The notes beneath the pieces were generated by a model that was not told the origin of the DNA, did not search any database, and saw nothing but the letters and a program-made list of their open reading frames with translations. The position numbers and the translations under genes are program-made. Of a stretch of 64,000 nt of DNA, positions 9,745 to 18,457 are shown one piece after another. Every line of letters starts with the position of its first letter. Position 1 is the first letter of the stretch. The stretch is from Verrucomicrobiales bacterium (GTDB taxonomy: Bacteria; Verrucomicrobiota; Verrucomicrobiia; Limisphaerales; CAIMTB01), in contig JAEUHG010000130.1 of assembly GCA_016795425.1 (NCBI GenBank), positions 12,093-76,092 of the forward strand, given 5' to 3'.

Positions 9745-9951
9745 CAGGGATTCTCCGGGTGCGCGTACCGGCCTTGAGGCGCGGAGCCCGCGGCGGTCGC
9801 GTGGCGCGGAGGGTTCGCGTCGGACGATTCGGGCGCTTCTCGTCGACGGATTCTGCCTCCAAAGGGATCGACCAACCACGATCGTACCAGCGCACGGGCA
9901 CTGGCACCGGCCGGGCTTCCTGGGTTGGGTGATGGTGAGGAATCATAGGAA

Positions 9952-10641
9952 CTACCAGTTTTTGAAGACACGCTTCTCGGCTTTCGCGGACGTGTAGACG
10001 TCGATCCAAAGGTCGAATCCACCGGAGTTGTTGGTGGGTGACGACGAAACATACCGCCAGGGATTGACACGCAAACCGTTGATCGGGGCCGCTTCCTGCT
10101 GGCCGTCCGGGCCCGCCAAGGTGCCCGGCCAATCAAAAGGAGAGACCAGCAATTCCACCTGCACCGATTCGAGAGTCACCCGACGGACGCTGGCCGGCTT
10201 GGGATCCAGGTAGGTCCTCGACGGATCGCCGCCTTCCACGGAGGTGTTCAGGAAGCCGGACCGACCAAAGACCGCCTTGATATCACTCGGATCGAGGGCT
10301 TCCTCCATCCCGCGGGCTCGGAATTTGCCCTCGCGGACTTCCATACCCCGGAGCTCGTAATAGAGCGGATTGATCACGGGATTGACCCTCTGCTTCGGGC
10401 TTCCGGCGGGCGTCAGGGGATTGTCGGGCGGATAAACACCGCGATCGCCTTTGTAGGCTTCGATCGCCGTCGCGATTTGCTGCAATTCGCTCTGGGCCCG
10501 TGCATTGATCCGAGCCGTCTTGGCAGCGCTAGTTAGCCCAACGCCGATCGCCGCCAACACCGCGATAATGGCGATCACGGTGAGAAGTTCGATAAGGGTG
10601 AACCCCCGGGTGGCTCGGCTCTGTGTAAGGTGCTGGGTCAT
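9952..10641 (-). CDS. GspG-like pseudopilin paralog, 229 aa
   Basis: Track ORF trimmed to ATG 10641: MTQHLTQSRATRG|FTLIELLTVIAIIAVLAAIGVGL, a prepilin motif with Glu5. The following AQSELQQIATAIEAYKGDRGVYP helix is typical of GspG-type pilins. Confidence 0.75.
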   Translation of the reverse strand: MTQHLTQSRATRGFTLIELLTVIAIIAVLAAIGVGLTSAAKTARINARAQSELQQIATAIEAYKGDRGVYPPDNPLTPAGSPKQRVNPVINPLYYELRGMEVREGKFRARGMEEALDPSDIKAVFGRSGFLNTSVEGGDPSRTYLDPKPASVRRVTLESVQVELLVSPFDWPGTLAGPDGQQEAAPINGLRVNPWRYVSSSPTNNSGGFDLWIDVYTSAKAEKRVFKNW

Positions 10642-10673
10642 GAGAACTGGGGTCTTGATGGGCTGGGGTTCGA

Positions 10674-10955
10674 TCACGGGTTCCGGCCGCGCAATTCGGC
10701 CTCCATCCGCTCGCTGATCCACTGCTTCATCATGCTTTGGTAATTGAGGTACCGGGTCCGGGCCAAACGCTTGATGCGCGCGAGCATCCGTGGGTCCATA
10801 CGCAACGTGATGGTGACGGATTCCCCGGAGTCATTGCCGGCGGCGATCGCCGATTCCATCAGCCGAAGATCGATCCGGTTGGATTCCCAAAACGCGGCCT
10901 CAGCCTCTTCGCGATCGAAGAGCGGGACTTCCTCCCATGAAGTCACCGGATTCAT
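10674..10955 (-). CDS. brnA: BrnA-like (CopG/RHH-type) antitoxin
   Basis: 93 aa. The C-terminal VTITLRMDPRMLARIKRLARTRYLNYQSMMKQWI matches the BrnA pattern (VxxRLDxDxLxxxKxxAxxxGxxYQTxI). It lies downstream of a BrnT-like gene. Confidence 0.65.
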   Translation of the reverse strand: MNPVTSWEEVPLFDREEAEAAFWESNRIDLRLMESAIAAGNDSGESVTITLRMDPRMLARIKRLARTRYLNYQSMMKQWISERMEAELRGRNP

Positions 10956-11028
10956 GACGCCTGCCCCCCCCTTGAAGCGGTCACCGTCCGTCGCCCCCAG
11001 CCCAGCGACGTCGGCGAATGTGCCCTGC

Positions 11029-11313
11029 CTACTGCAGCGCCTGACTCACCTTGCGCTCGTAAAAGAACGATTCCTCGGGCTCGAACGGCCGCGCCACAAT
11101 GACGCGGACTTGCCGTCCGTTGGTGCGGTACATGGCGAAGACTCCTTTGCCCGAAACCGTGCGACCCAAATTGAAGAAGCGCGCCTGCGCGGTGAACCGC
11201 GGGGAATCGGGCAGCAACTTTACCGCAAAAGGATCCTCGAACGACTCTTCGACCTCCTGTTGGGACAAAGATCCCGCCAATTGCGACGTGGAACTGGACC
11301 AGTCGAACTCCAT
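11029..11313 (-). CDS. brnT: BrnT-like (DUF497) ribonuclease toxin
   Basis: 94 aa. MEFDWSSS...QEVEESFEDPFAVKLLPD...ARFFNLGRTVSGKGVFAMYRTNGRQVRVIVARPFEPEE follows the BrnT/DUF497 layout (FEWD, SFEEA..VF.DP, R...IG, VVY..R...RIISAR). The toxin-first gene order is as described for BrnTA. Confidence 0.65.
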   Translation of the reverse strand: MEFDWSSSTSQLAGSLSQQEVEESFEDPFAVKLLPDSPRFTAQARFFNLGRTVSGKGVFAMYRTNGRQVRVIVARPFEPEESFFYERKVSQALQ

Positions 11314-11361
11314 CAGAGGGATGAGCTGTATGGTAATCGCCCATGCAATGTAACTACTTTG

Positions 11362-11391
11362 TATTTACACGGGCGAGGCATGGTTCGTCAA
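11362..11391 (-). promoter_or_regulatory. Candidate sigma70-type promoter/operator for brnTA
   Basis: The minus strand reads TTGACG-N18-TAAATA inside the only AT-rich patch of this region. An inverted repeat TGTAA-N11-TTACA (11349-11369) overlaps the -10. Confidence 0.3.
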
Positions 11392-11398
11392 GAGGAGG

Positions 11399-11443
11399 TT
11401 TGGCGATAACGCCAAACGGCCCGCAACCGTGAGGTTGTGGGCC
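11399..11443 (-). terminator. Tandem hairpins downstream of gspF/pilC (terminator-like)
   Basis: The minus strand reads GGCCCACAACC-tcac-GGTTGCGGGCC (10/11 pairs), immediately followed by GTTTGGCG-ttat-CGCCAAAC. It starts 28 nt after the gspF stop. The U-tract is short. Confidence 0.45.
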
Positions 11444-11470
11444 GTGGTGAAGGAGTCATGGGGAAGGCGT

Positions 11471-12817
11471 CTAGTCGCCGCCGCCATCGCTGCCCTTGCT
11501 GACGTCACCGACACCTTCGATCAGCTTGATCAGGGGCAGGAATAGGGCGATGACGATACTGCCGACGACCACCGCCAGGAAGACGATCATGATCGGTTCG
11601 AGGAGCGAGGTCATGGCCGACACGGCATTATCGACCTCATCGTCGTAGGTATCGGCGATCTTCATCAACATTTCAGGCAGCGCGCCGGTTTGTTCACCGA
11701 CGTCCACCATGCTGATGACCATGGGGGGGAAGACATTGGCTGCCTCGAGCGGCGCGGTAATGGTTTCGCCCTCCTTCACGCTCTCATGGATTCGTGAGAC
11801 CGCGTTGCCGACGATGACGTTTCCGGAGGTTTCCCGGACGATGGTGAGGGCCTGAAGGATGGGAACGCCGGAACTGACCAGGGTTCCGAGCGTACGACTG
11901 AAGCGAGAGATTGCGACCTTGGTGAAGACCGGTCCCAGGACCGGCATCTTCAATTTGATCTTGTCGATGACTTTTCGGCCGAACTTGGTCTTTGCGAAGA
12001 TTTTGAAAGCGATGACGAAGATGACAATTCCGATGATCACGGGGCCGGGCATGGGGAAGCCACCGGCCCATTCCGGGAACATGATCGTGTAGGCCTTGAT
12101 GCCTTCGCTGATCTGGAGGACGAAATTGGTGAAGCCCGGCAGGTCCGCGCCGTCCATCATGTCGCCGAAGATCGTTTTGAACTTCGGAACCACGAAGATC
12201 ATCAGAACCGCCAGAATGATCACGGCGACCGACATGACGGCGACCGGATAGAACATGGCGGCGATCACCTTGCCCTTGATCTTCTGGGCTTTCTCCATGA
12301 ACTCAGCGAGGCGGTTGAGCACGACTTCGAGCACGCCACCGAGCTCACCGGCCTTCACCATGGAGACGAACAACCGGTTGAAGATTTTGGGATGCTGGGA
12401 AAGTGCCTCGGAAAAGGTGCTGCCGCCCTCGATCGACATACCCAGGTCACCGAGCGCCTTGCGCAGGACGGGATTCTTTTCCTGTTTTTGAAGGACGCGC
12501 AGTCCGCGAAGCAGCGGAAGACCGGCGTCGACGAGGGTTGCGAGCTGGCGGGTGAAGGTGGTGAGTTGTTTGGTCTTAACTCCGCCAAAGCCGGGGATAC
12601 GGATGTTGATTTCCTTCTTCCCCATCCCGCCTTTGGCGGGGGCTTTGGCGACCTTCTTGCCGCCTTCCTTCTTGGGTTTCTCCGCCTCGACCACTTTGGT
12701 CGGGAAATAGCCCATCTCCTTGAGGCGACTGATCGCTTCGTTCTGGCTGGCGACCTCAAGCGTCCCCTTGGTCTCCTTGCCACGGGAATCCATGGCAACG
12801 TAGTTGAACTTGGGCAT
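11471..12817 (-). CDS. GspF/PilC-type inner-membrane platform protein
   Basis: 448 aa. It has the duplicated T2SS-F architecture: N-terminal MPKFNYVAMDSRGKETKGTLEVASQNEAISRLKEMGYFP, motifs TFTRQLATLVDAGLPLLRGL and FSRTLGTLVSSGVPILQAL, and three hydrophobic segments. Confidence 0.9.
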   Translation of the reverse strand: MPKFNYVAMDSRGKETKGTLEVASQNEAISRLKEMGYFPTKVVEAEKPKKEGGKKVAKAPAKGGMGKKEINIRIPGFGGVKTKQLTTFTRQLATLVDAGLPLLRGLRVLQKQEKNPVLRKALGDLGMSIEGGSTFSEALSQHPKIFNRLFVSMVKAGELGGVLEVVLNRLAEFMEKAQKIKGKVIAAMFYPVAVMSVAVIILAVLMIFVVPKFKTIFGDMMDGADLPGFTNFVLQISEGIKAYTIMFPEWAGGFPMPGPVIIGIVIFVIAFKIFAKTKFGRKVIDKIKLKMPVLGPVFTKVAISRFSRTLGTLVSSGVPILQALTIVRETSGNVIVGNAVSRIHESVKEGETITAPLEAANVFPPMVISMVDVGEQTGALPEMLMKIADTYDDEVDNAVSAMTSLLEPIMIVFLAVVVGSIVIALFLPLIKLIEGVGDVSKGSDGGGD

Positions 12818-12846
12818 GGCGGACCTCCGGACTGATGATCAGGTGT

Positions 12847-14556
12847 TCAGGTGTACTTCAGGACTTCTTCGATGGTGGTGGTGCCGTCGAAAATACCGCG
12901 CAGGCCATCCTCCCGCAAGGCAACCATGCCAAGCTCGATGGCTTTCTGCCGGATCACCACCGTGGGCGCGCGCTCGATGATCAACTGGCGGATCGACTCG
13001 TTGACCATGAGCAGCTCAAAAATGCCTTTCCGACCCTTGTAGCCGGTGTCGTTGCAGGTGCCGCAACCCCGCCCGTAATAGAAGACCTTGTCGCCCAGGT
13101 CGTGCGGCGAGAGGTTGAGCAGCGAAAGCTGGGTTTCCGTGGGCTCGAACGACGTTCGGCAGCTCTTGCAGATGGTCCGGACCAGGCGCTGAGCGAGCAC
13201 GCACTGCAGCGTGGATGCAACCAGGAACGGTTCCACGCCCATGTCCACGAGACGCGTCACCGCGCCGGGTGCGTCGTTGGTGTGCAGTGTGGTCAGGACC
13301 AAGTGACCGGTCAACGACGCCTGAATGGCGATCTGCGAGGTCTCAAGGTCGCGCATCTCACCCACCATGATGATGTCCGGGTCCTGGCGGAGAAAGGATC
13401 GAAGGGCCTTGCCGAAGGTCATGCCCACGGCCTCGTTAATGGCCACCTGCATGATGCCCTCGATGTCGTACTCGACCGGATCCTCGGCGGTGAGCAACTT
13501 GGAATCGAGAGTGTTCACGCGCCGCAAAGCGGAGTAGAGCGTGGTCGTCTTGCCTGAACCCGTGGGCCCCGTGACGATGACGATGCCATTCGGTTGCTGA
13601 ATGGCTTCGCTCATGTAGTCGTAGACGTACTTGGGCAACCCCAGCGCCTCCAACTCCAGCTTGGTGGCCTCGCGGTCGAGAACGCGAAGCACCACCGATT
13701 CGCCAAATTGGGTGGGCAACGTCGAAATACGAAGATCAATTTGGCGTCCCGACAACGTCAGCGAGATACGACCGTCCTGGGGCAGGCGCCGTTCTGAAAT
13801 GTCCAGGTTCGCCATGACCTTGAGACGGGAGGCCACCGGAAGCGCCAAATGCTTCGGAGGCGGGGCCATTTCGTACAAGGCGCCGTCCACGCGGTACCGA
13901 ATCTTGAACTCCGTCTCGAACGGCTCGAAGTGAATGTCGCTCGCGCGGTCGGCGATGGCCTGGGTCAGCACCAGGTTGACGAATTTGACGATGGGAACGT
14001 CGTTGGCCAGGTCGTTGAGATCGACGGCATTGCCTGCTGCGGCTGCCGACGCCTCCCGTTCCATCTCCGTGTCTTCTCCCAGTTCCTTGAGCAACTGGGC
14101 CATGGTCTCCCCCGCCTCGCCGCCACCATAGTGCTTGTCGATGGCTTGCTGGATGGCCTTGGCATCGGCCACGACGGGCACAATCTCGTAGCTGATGGAA
14201 AACCCCAGTTCGTCCAGCGCTGCGGGATTGAGCGGATCGGCCAGGGCCAGTTGAAGGGTGGTGCCATGCAGGGCGAAAGGAATGCACTGGTAGGTCTTGG
14301 CGGTGGCGGCGGAAACGGCCTTGAGAGTGGCCTCATCCGGCGCCCAATTGCGCAGGTCCACCACCTCGGTGCCAAGGTGGTCCGCAATCACCTGCAATTG
14401 GGAGTCCTTGTCGAGAATCCCAAAATCGCTCAACACCTCGGAAACAGGCTTTCCGCTGCGCTGCACTTCCTGCGTTACCTCTTCGAATTGAAGGTCATCG
14501 AGCAGTCCGCGCTCCTTGACGAGCGACAGCAGCGGGCTAGAGACGGAATCTGACAT
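12847..14556 (-). CDS. pilB: PilB/GspE-type assembly ATPase (copy 1)
   Basis: 569 aa. It has an N-terminal T2SSE_N-like domain, Walker [13 protein letters not shown], the Asp box, a His box, and the tetracysteine motif CKSC...CGTC. Confidence 0.9.
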   Translation of the reverse strand: MSDSVSSPLLSLVKERGLLDDLQFEEVTQEVQRSGKPVSEVLSDFGILDKDSQLQVIADHLGTEVVDLRNWAPDEATLKAVSAATAKTYQCIPFALHGTTLQLALADPLNPAALDELGFSISYEIVPVVADAKAIQQAIDKHYGGGEAGETMAQLLKELGEDTEMEREASAAAAGNAVDLNDLANDVPIVKFVNLVLTQAIADRASDIHFEPFETEFKIRYRVDGALYEMAPPPKHLALPVASRLKVMANLDISERRLPQDGRISLTLSGRQIDLRISTLPTQFGESVVLRVLDREATKLELEALGLPKYVYDYMSEAIQQPNGIVIVTGPTGSGKTTTLYSALRRVNTLDSKLLTAEDPVEYDIEGIMQVAINEAVGMTFGKALRSFLRQDPDIIMVGEMRDLETSQIAIQASLTGHLVLTTLHTNDAPGAVTRLVDMGVEPFLVASTLQCVLAQRLVRTICKSCRTSFEPTETQLSLLNLSPHDLGDKVFYYGRGCGTCNDTGYKGRKGIFELLMVNESIRQLIIERAPTVVIRQKAIELGMVALREDGLRGIFDGTTTIEEVLKYT

Positions 14557-14573
14557 AAGCGGGATCGCGACGG

Positions 14574-15674
14574 CTAGCGGGACACGGCGGCGGCGGCCTG
14601 AGCCGCTTCAAGTTCCTGGAGTTTCTGCAGAATAGTGGACGGATCCTGTGCCTTGGTGATGACCTCCTCACGCGAGATGAGGCCTTGTTGGTACTTATCG
14701 AGCAGGAAGCCGTCGAGCGTCACCATGCCGTACTTGGCACCGGTCTGAATGTCGGAATTGATACGGAACGTCTTGTTGTCGCGGATGAGCGCCGCAATGG
14801 ACGGCGTATTGACCATGATCTCGAAGGCGGCGACCCGGCCGGGTTTGTCGTGCCGCGGCAGGAGCAGCTGGGAAATGACCGCCTGGAGCACGGTGGACAG
14901 CTGGATCCGGATCATTTCCTGCTGATTGACCGGGAACGCGTTGACGACACGGTCGATGGTTTTGGCCGCTCCGGTGGTGTGAAGGGTGGCGAACACCAAG
15001 TGACCGGTCTCGGAGGCGGTGATGGCGGCTTCAATCGTCTCCAAGTCGCGCATTTCGCCGACGAGAATGACATCCGGGTCCTGACGCAGCGCGCGTCGGA
15101 TGGCTTCGGCGAAACTGGGCACATCGACGTTCACTTCGCGTTGGGTGACGACCGCCTTCTTGTGCTTGTGATAGTACTCGATCGGATCCTCGATGGTGAT
15201 CAGGTGGGCATCATCCCGCTCCTCGTTGATGATGTTGATCATCGATGCCAGCGTGGTCGTCTTGCCGGACCCGGTCGGGCCGGTCACCAGCACGAGACCA
15301 CGGGGCTTATAGAGAAGTTCGCGAACGGAAGGCGGAATCCCGATCTGCTCCAGGGTGAGGAGTTTGGTCGGAATCTGGCGCAGAACCATGCCGAAATTGC
15401 CCTTTTCCTTGAAAACACTCACCCGGAAGCGGGCCATTTCACCAAAAGCAAAACCAAAGTCGGCGCCCCCGCGCTCCCGCACACTGCGGATCTGCTCTTC
15501 CGAGGTAATCGAACGCATCAATTCCTCGGTGTCCTCGGGACGAAGGGCCGGGCCCTCGACGCGGTGAAGGACGCCGTGCACACGAAGGACCGGGGCGGTA
15601 CCGACACGCAGGTGCAGGTCTGCAGCATTCTCGGAAACGACCAACTGCAGCAGATCGGACATCGAATAGGCCAT
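14574..15674 (-). CDS. pilT: PilT twitching-motility/retraction ATPase
   Basis: 366 aa with no N-terminal extension. Motifs: [15 protein letters not shown], Walker [31 protein letters not shown], and a C-terminal AALIRDNK (AIRNLIRE-like) motif. Confidence 0.9.
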   Translation of the reverse strand: MAYSMSDLLQLVVSENAADLHLRVGTAPVLRVHGVLHRVEGPALRPEDTEELMRSITSEEQIRSVRERGGADFGFAFGEMARFRVSVFKEKGNFGMVLRQIPTKLLTLEQIGIPPSVRELLYKPRGLVLVTGPTGSGKTTTLASMINIINEERDDAHLITIEDPIEYYHKHKKAVVTQREVNVDVPSFAEAIRRALRQDPDVILVGEMRDLETIEAAITASETGHLVFATLHTTGAAKTIDRVVNAFPVNQQEMIRIQLSTVLQAVISQLLLPRHDKPGRVAAFEIMVNTPSIAALIRDNKTFRINSDIQTGAKYGMVTLDGFLLDKYQQGLISREEVITKAQDPSTILQKLQELEAAQAAAAVSR

Positions 15675-15740
15675 GGGACGATAAATTCAGTCAACCTCTG
15701 GATTTGGACAGGAGTGGCACGGGATCGTTATGCAGAGGCA

Positions 15741-17453
15741 TCAATCCACGTCGCCGACAGTGGCTCGGATCACTTCTTCGGCCGTGGTGAGCCCGGCCAC
15801 GACCTTTCGGGTACCATCCTCGCGCAGGGTACGCATGCCGGCCTCACGGGCCCGAACACGCAGCACCGAGGAACTCACCTTCTCATAGATCAGCTTCCGC
15901 GCCTCGTCGTCGATGAGGAAGATCTCGAAAATGCCGAAACGGCCGCGGCAACCGGTCTTATTGCAGTCGGCACACCCCTTCCCCTTGGTGAATTTCGCAC
16001 TCGCGGCCATCGCAGCGTCGATGTGCAAAGCCTTGAGTTCGGTCTCCGGTGGCATGTAGGGCTGACCGCACTTTTTGCAGATCTTGCGGACCAAGCGCTG
16101 GGCCATGAGGGCTCGGGCCGAGGAAGCCACGAGAAACGGCTTAATCCCGATGTCGATCAAGCGGGTCACCGCGCTGGGAGCATCGTTGGTGTGAAGTGTG
16201 GAAAAGACCAAGTGACCGGTCAGCGACGCGTTGATGGCGATCGTGGCGGTCTCCATGTCACGAATTTCCCCCAGCATGATGACGTTGGGCGCCTGGCGGA
16301 GCATGGAACGCAAGGCATAGGCGAAGCTGAACCCGATGGCCTCGTTGACCTGAACCTGGTTGATGCCTGCCAACTGGTATTCAACCGGGTCTTCGACGGT
16401 GATGATCTTGCGATCGGGCCGGTTGATATAATTCAGGCAGGAATACAGGGTGGTGGTCTTGCCGGAACCGGTTGGGCCGGTGACCAGCAGGATGCCGTCG
16501 GGCAAGCTGATCAACCGCTCAAAAGTCTGTTGGTCGTCGGTGAAGAAGCCCAGCTCGGCCAAACCGAGCCGCAGACCTTCCTTGTCCAGAATACGCATGA
16601 CGATGCTTTCGCCATGGTTCGTCGGAAGGCACGAGACGCGAAGGTCGATGACCTTGTTGCCGACGTTGCACTGAATACGTCCGTCCTGCGGAATCCGGCG
16701 TTCCGCGATGGACATATTGGACATGATCTTCAGGCGCGAGACGATCGAGGCCTGGAGGCGCTTGGGCGGGGACTTGATTTCGTGGCAGATACCGTCGATG
16801 CGGTACCGGACTCGAAAGCGCTTCTCCAACGGCTCCAAGTGGATATCCGAGGCGCGCAGGCGGTACGCCTCGATGATCATGCCGTTGACCAGCTTGATGA
16901 TCGGAGCATCGGCATCCACCGTACCACCGTCCGACTCCGCATCCTCCAGTTTGCCCAGCGTTCCGATCTCGACCTCCCCCTCGGTGATGTCCTGGATCAT
17001 TTTGGACACCGAATCGTCGGCCCGGCCGTAATACCGGTTGAGGGAGGATTCGATGTCGTCCGGACTGGCCACCAAGACCGCGACGTTTCGGTTCAGCAAA
17101 TGCTGCAGGGCGTCGATGGTCTCGAGGTCGGAGGGATCGCTGAGGGCGATGGAGACCGAATCCTCGGTGGCGTAGACAGGGACGGCGTTGTATTTCTTGG
17201 CGACGTTGCGGGGCACCGCCCCGATCACCTCATCGCCGATCCGCATCTCGGAGAGATTGACGAATTCGGCGTTGAAATGCGCCGCCTTCGCCTGCGCCAC
17301 CTGGGTGCGCGTCAAGGACTTCTCGGCGACCAACGTATCGACAATACCTTCCCCGGTCTCGTCGGTCTTCGGTCGAATGGCATCCACTTGGTCGTGGGTC
17401 ACGAACCCCATGTCGACCAGCAGATCGATCAGATAATCATCACTTGCTGCCAC
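15741..17453 (-). CDS. PilB/GspE-type assembly ATPase (copy 2)
   Basis: 570 aa with a GTG start. It has a T2SSE_N-like N-terminus, Walker [17 protein letters not shown] and the tetracysteine motif CKKC...CADC. It is paralogous to 12847-14556. Confidence 0.9.
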   Translation of the reverse strand: MAASDDYLIDLLVDMGFVTHDQVDAIRPKTDETGEGIVDTLVAEKSLTRTQVAQAKAAHFNAEFVNLSEMRIGDEVIGAVPRNVAKKYNAVPVYATEDSVSIALSDPSDLETIDALQHLLNRNVAVLVASPDDIESSLNRYYGRADDSVSKMIQDITEGEVEIGTLGKLEDAESDGGTVDADAPIIKLVNGMIIEAYRLRASDIHLEPLEKRFRVRYRIDGICHEIKSPPKRLQASIVSRLKIMSNMSIAERRIPQDGRIQCNVGNKVIDLRVSCLPTNHGESIVMRILDKEGLRLGLAELGFFTDDQQTFERLISLPDGILLVTGPTGSGKTTTLYSCLNYINRPDRKIITVEDPVEYQLAGINQVQVNEAIGFSFAYALRSMLRQAPNVIMLGEIRDMETATIAINASLTGHLVFSTLHTNDAPSAVTRLIDIGIKPFLVASSARALMAQRLVRKICKKCGQPYMPPETELKALHIDAAMAASAKFTKGKGCADCNKTGCRGRFGIFEIFLIDDEARKLIYEKVSSSVLRVRAREAGMRTLREDGTRKVVAGLTTAEEVIRATVGDVD

Positions 17454-17536
17454 GGCTTAGGTGCGTCCTGCCTGCGCGAGAGCGTTGGGCTGTTGGACGG
17501 GCCGATGGTAGGTGCCGCTGGGGTCAAGTCAACGAC

Positions 17537-17552
17537 GCGCACAGATGTGCGC
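17537..17552 (-). promoter_or_regulatory. Perfect palindrome upstream of the pil/gsp ATPase operon, next to a possible sigma70 promoter
   Basis: GCGCACAGATGTGCGC has 7-bp arms. On the minus strand it is followed by TTGACT (17532-17527), a 16-nt spacer and TACCAT (17510-17505). It sits between the deoC stop and the pilB-2 start. Confidence 0.2.
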
Positions 17553-17582
17553 CAATCTTCGGGGCTTCCCAATCGGCTTTCA

Positions 17583-18383
17583 TCAGTAGCCGCCACGGCC
17601 CAGAGATTCGGCTTTCGGTCCGGTTTCCGGCCCTGAATCCGTAGTCCCGGCGGCCTTTCGGCGACGGTACTCGTCCATCATCGCCGCGGTCGCCGTCGCC
17701 CCGCAACGGGTCGCCCCAAGGTCCCGAACCTTGATCAATCCATCCAGATCCCGGACTCCACCTGCGGCTTTTACCTGGACTCGCGGTGAGCAACTCGCCC
17801 GCATCAGGGCCAAATCGGGCGCCGTCGCCCCGCGATAGTTGTAGCTCCCGTCCGCCTGCTTCACGAACCCGTAGCCGGTCGAGGTCTTCACCCAATCCGC
17901 GCCCGCCCGTTCGCAAATCTCACAGAGTCGCCGCTTGAACCCGTCCGAATCCAACCCTGCCCCTCCTTGGGTCAGGTAATCATTCTCGAAGATCACCTTC
18001 ACGCGCGCACCATGGGCATGGGCTTCCTGGCACACGGCGCGAACGTCCTGCTCCACGTAGCCCCAGTCTCCGCTCAACGCCTTGCCGATATTGATCACCA
18101 TGTCGATTTCAACCGCACCGTCCCGGCACGCCATGGCGGTCTCATATCGCTTGACCTCGGTCTGGCTGGAGCCGTGAGGGAAACCAATCACGCAGCCCAC
18201 CTTGACGGAGGTACCTTTCAGCCATTCCACCGCCTGCTTGACGGCGTAAGGCTTGATACAGACCGAGGCCACCGCGTATTTCGCGGCCACCTTGCAGCCT
18301 TCCTCCAGATCGCGATCGGTCATGGTGGGATGCAGGAGGGAATGGTCGATCATTCCGGCCAATTCCTCGTAGGTATAGGTCAT
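17583..18383 (-). CDS. deoC: Deoxyribose-phosphate aldolase
   Basis: Track ORF 17583-18650 trimmed to ATG 18383: MTYTYEELAGMIDHSLLHPTMT..ASVCIKPYAV..GFPHG..EIDMVINIG..VKVIFEN..VKTSTGYG (Schiff-base Lys context). The upstream 89 codons are Gly/Arg-rich and read as non-coding. Confidence 0.85.
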   Translation of the reverse strand: MTYTYEELAGMIDHSLLHPTMTDRDLEEGCKVAAKYAVASVCIKPYAVKQAVEWLKGTSVKVGCVIGFPHGSSQTEVKRYETAMACRDGAVEIDMVINIGKALSGDWGYVEQDVRAVCQEAHAHGARVKVIFENDYLTQGGAGLDSDGFKRRLCEICERAGADWVKTSTGYGFVKQADGSYNYRGATAPDLALMRASCSPRVQVKAAGGVRDLDGLIKVRDLGATRCGATATAAMMDEYRRRKAAGTTDSGPETGPKAESLGRGGY

Positions 18384-18457
18384 GGCGGCACCCTGGCCAA
18401 CCGGCCCGGGGGACTCAATCCTGTTCCGGGCCCCGGCCCGCGCACGCCCTCGACCCA

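Noticed and set aside
14685-17636. 983-aa plus-strand ORF, the longest plus-strand ORF in the track
   Set aside because: It lies exactly antisense to pilT and the second pilB, which have unmistakable Walker and other ATPase motifs. Its translation is Gly/Arg/Asp/His-rich low-complexity sequence typical of antisense shadow ORFs in GC-rich DNA.
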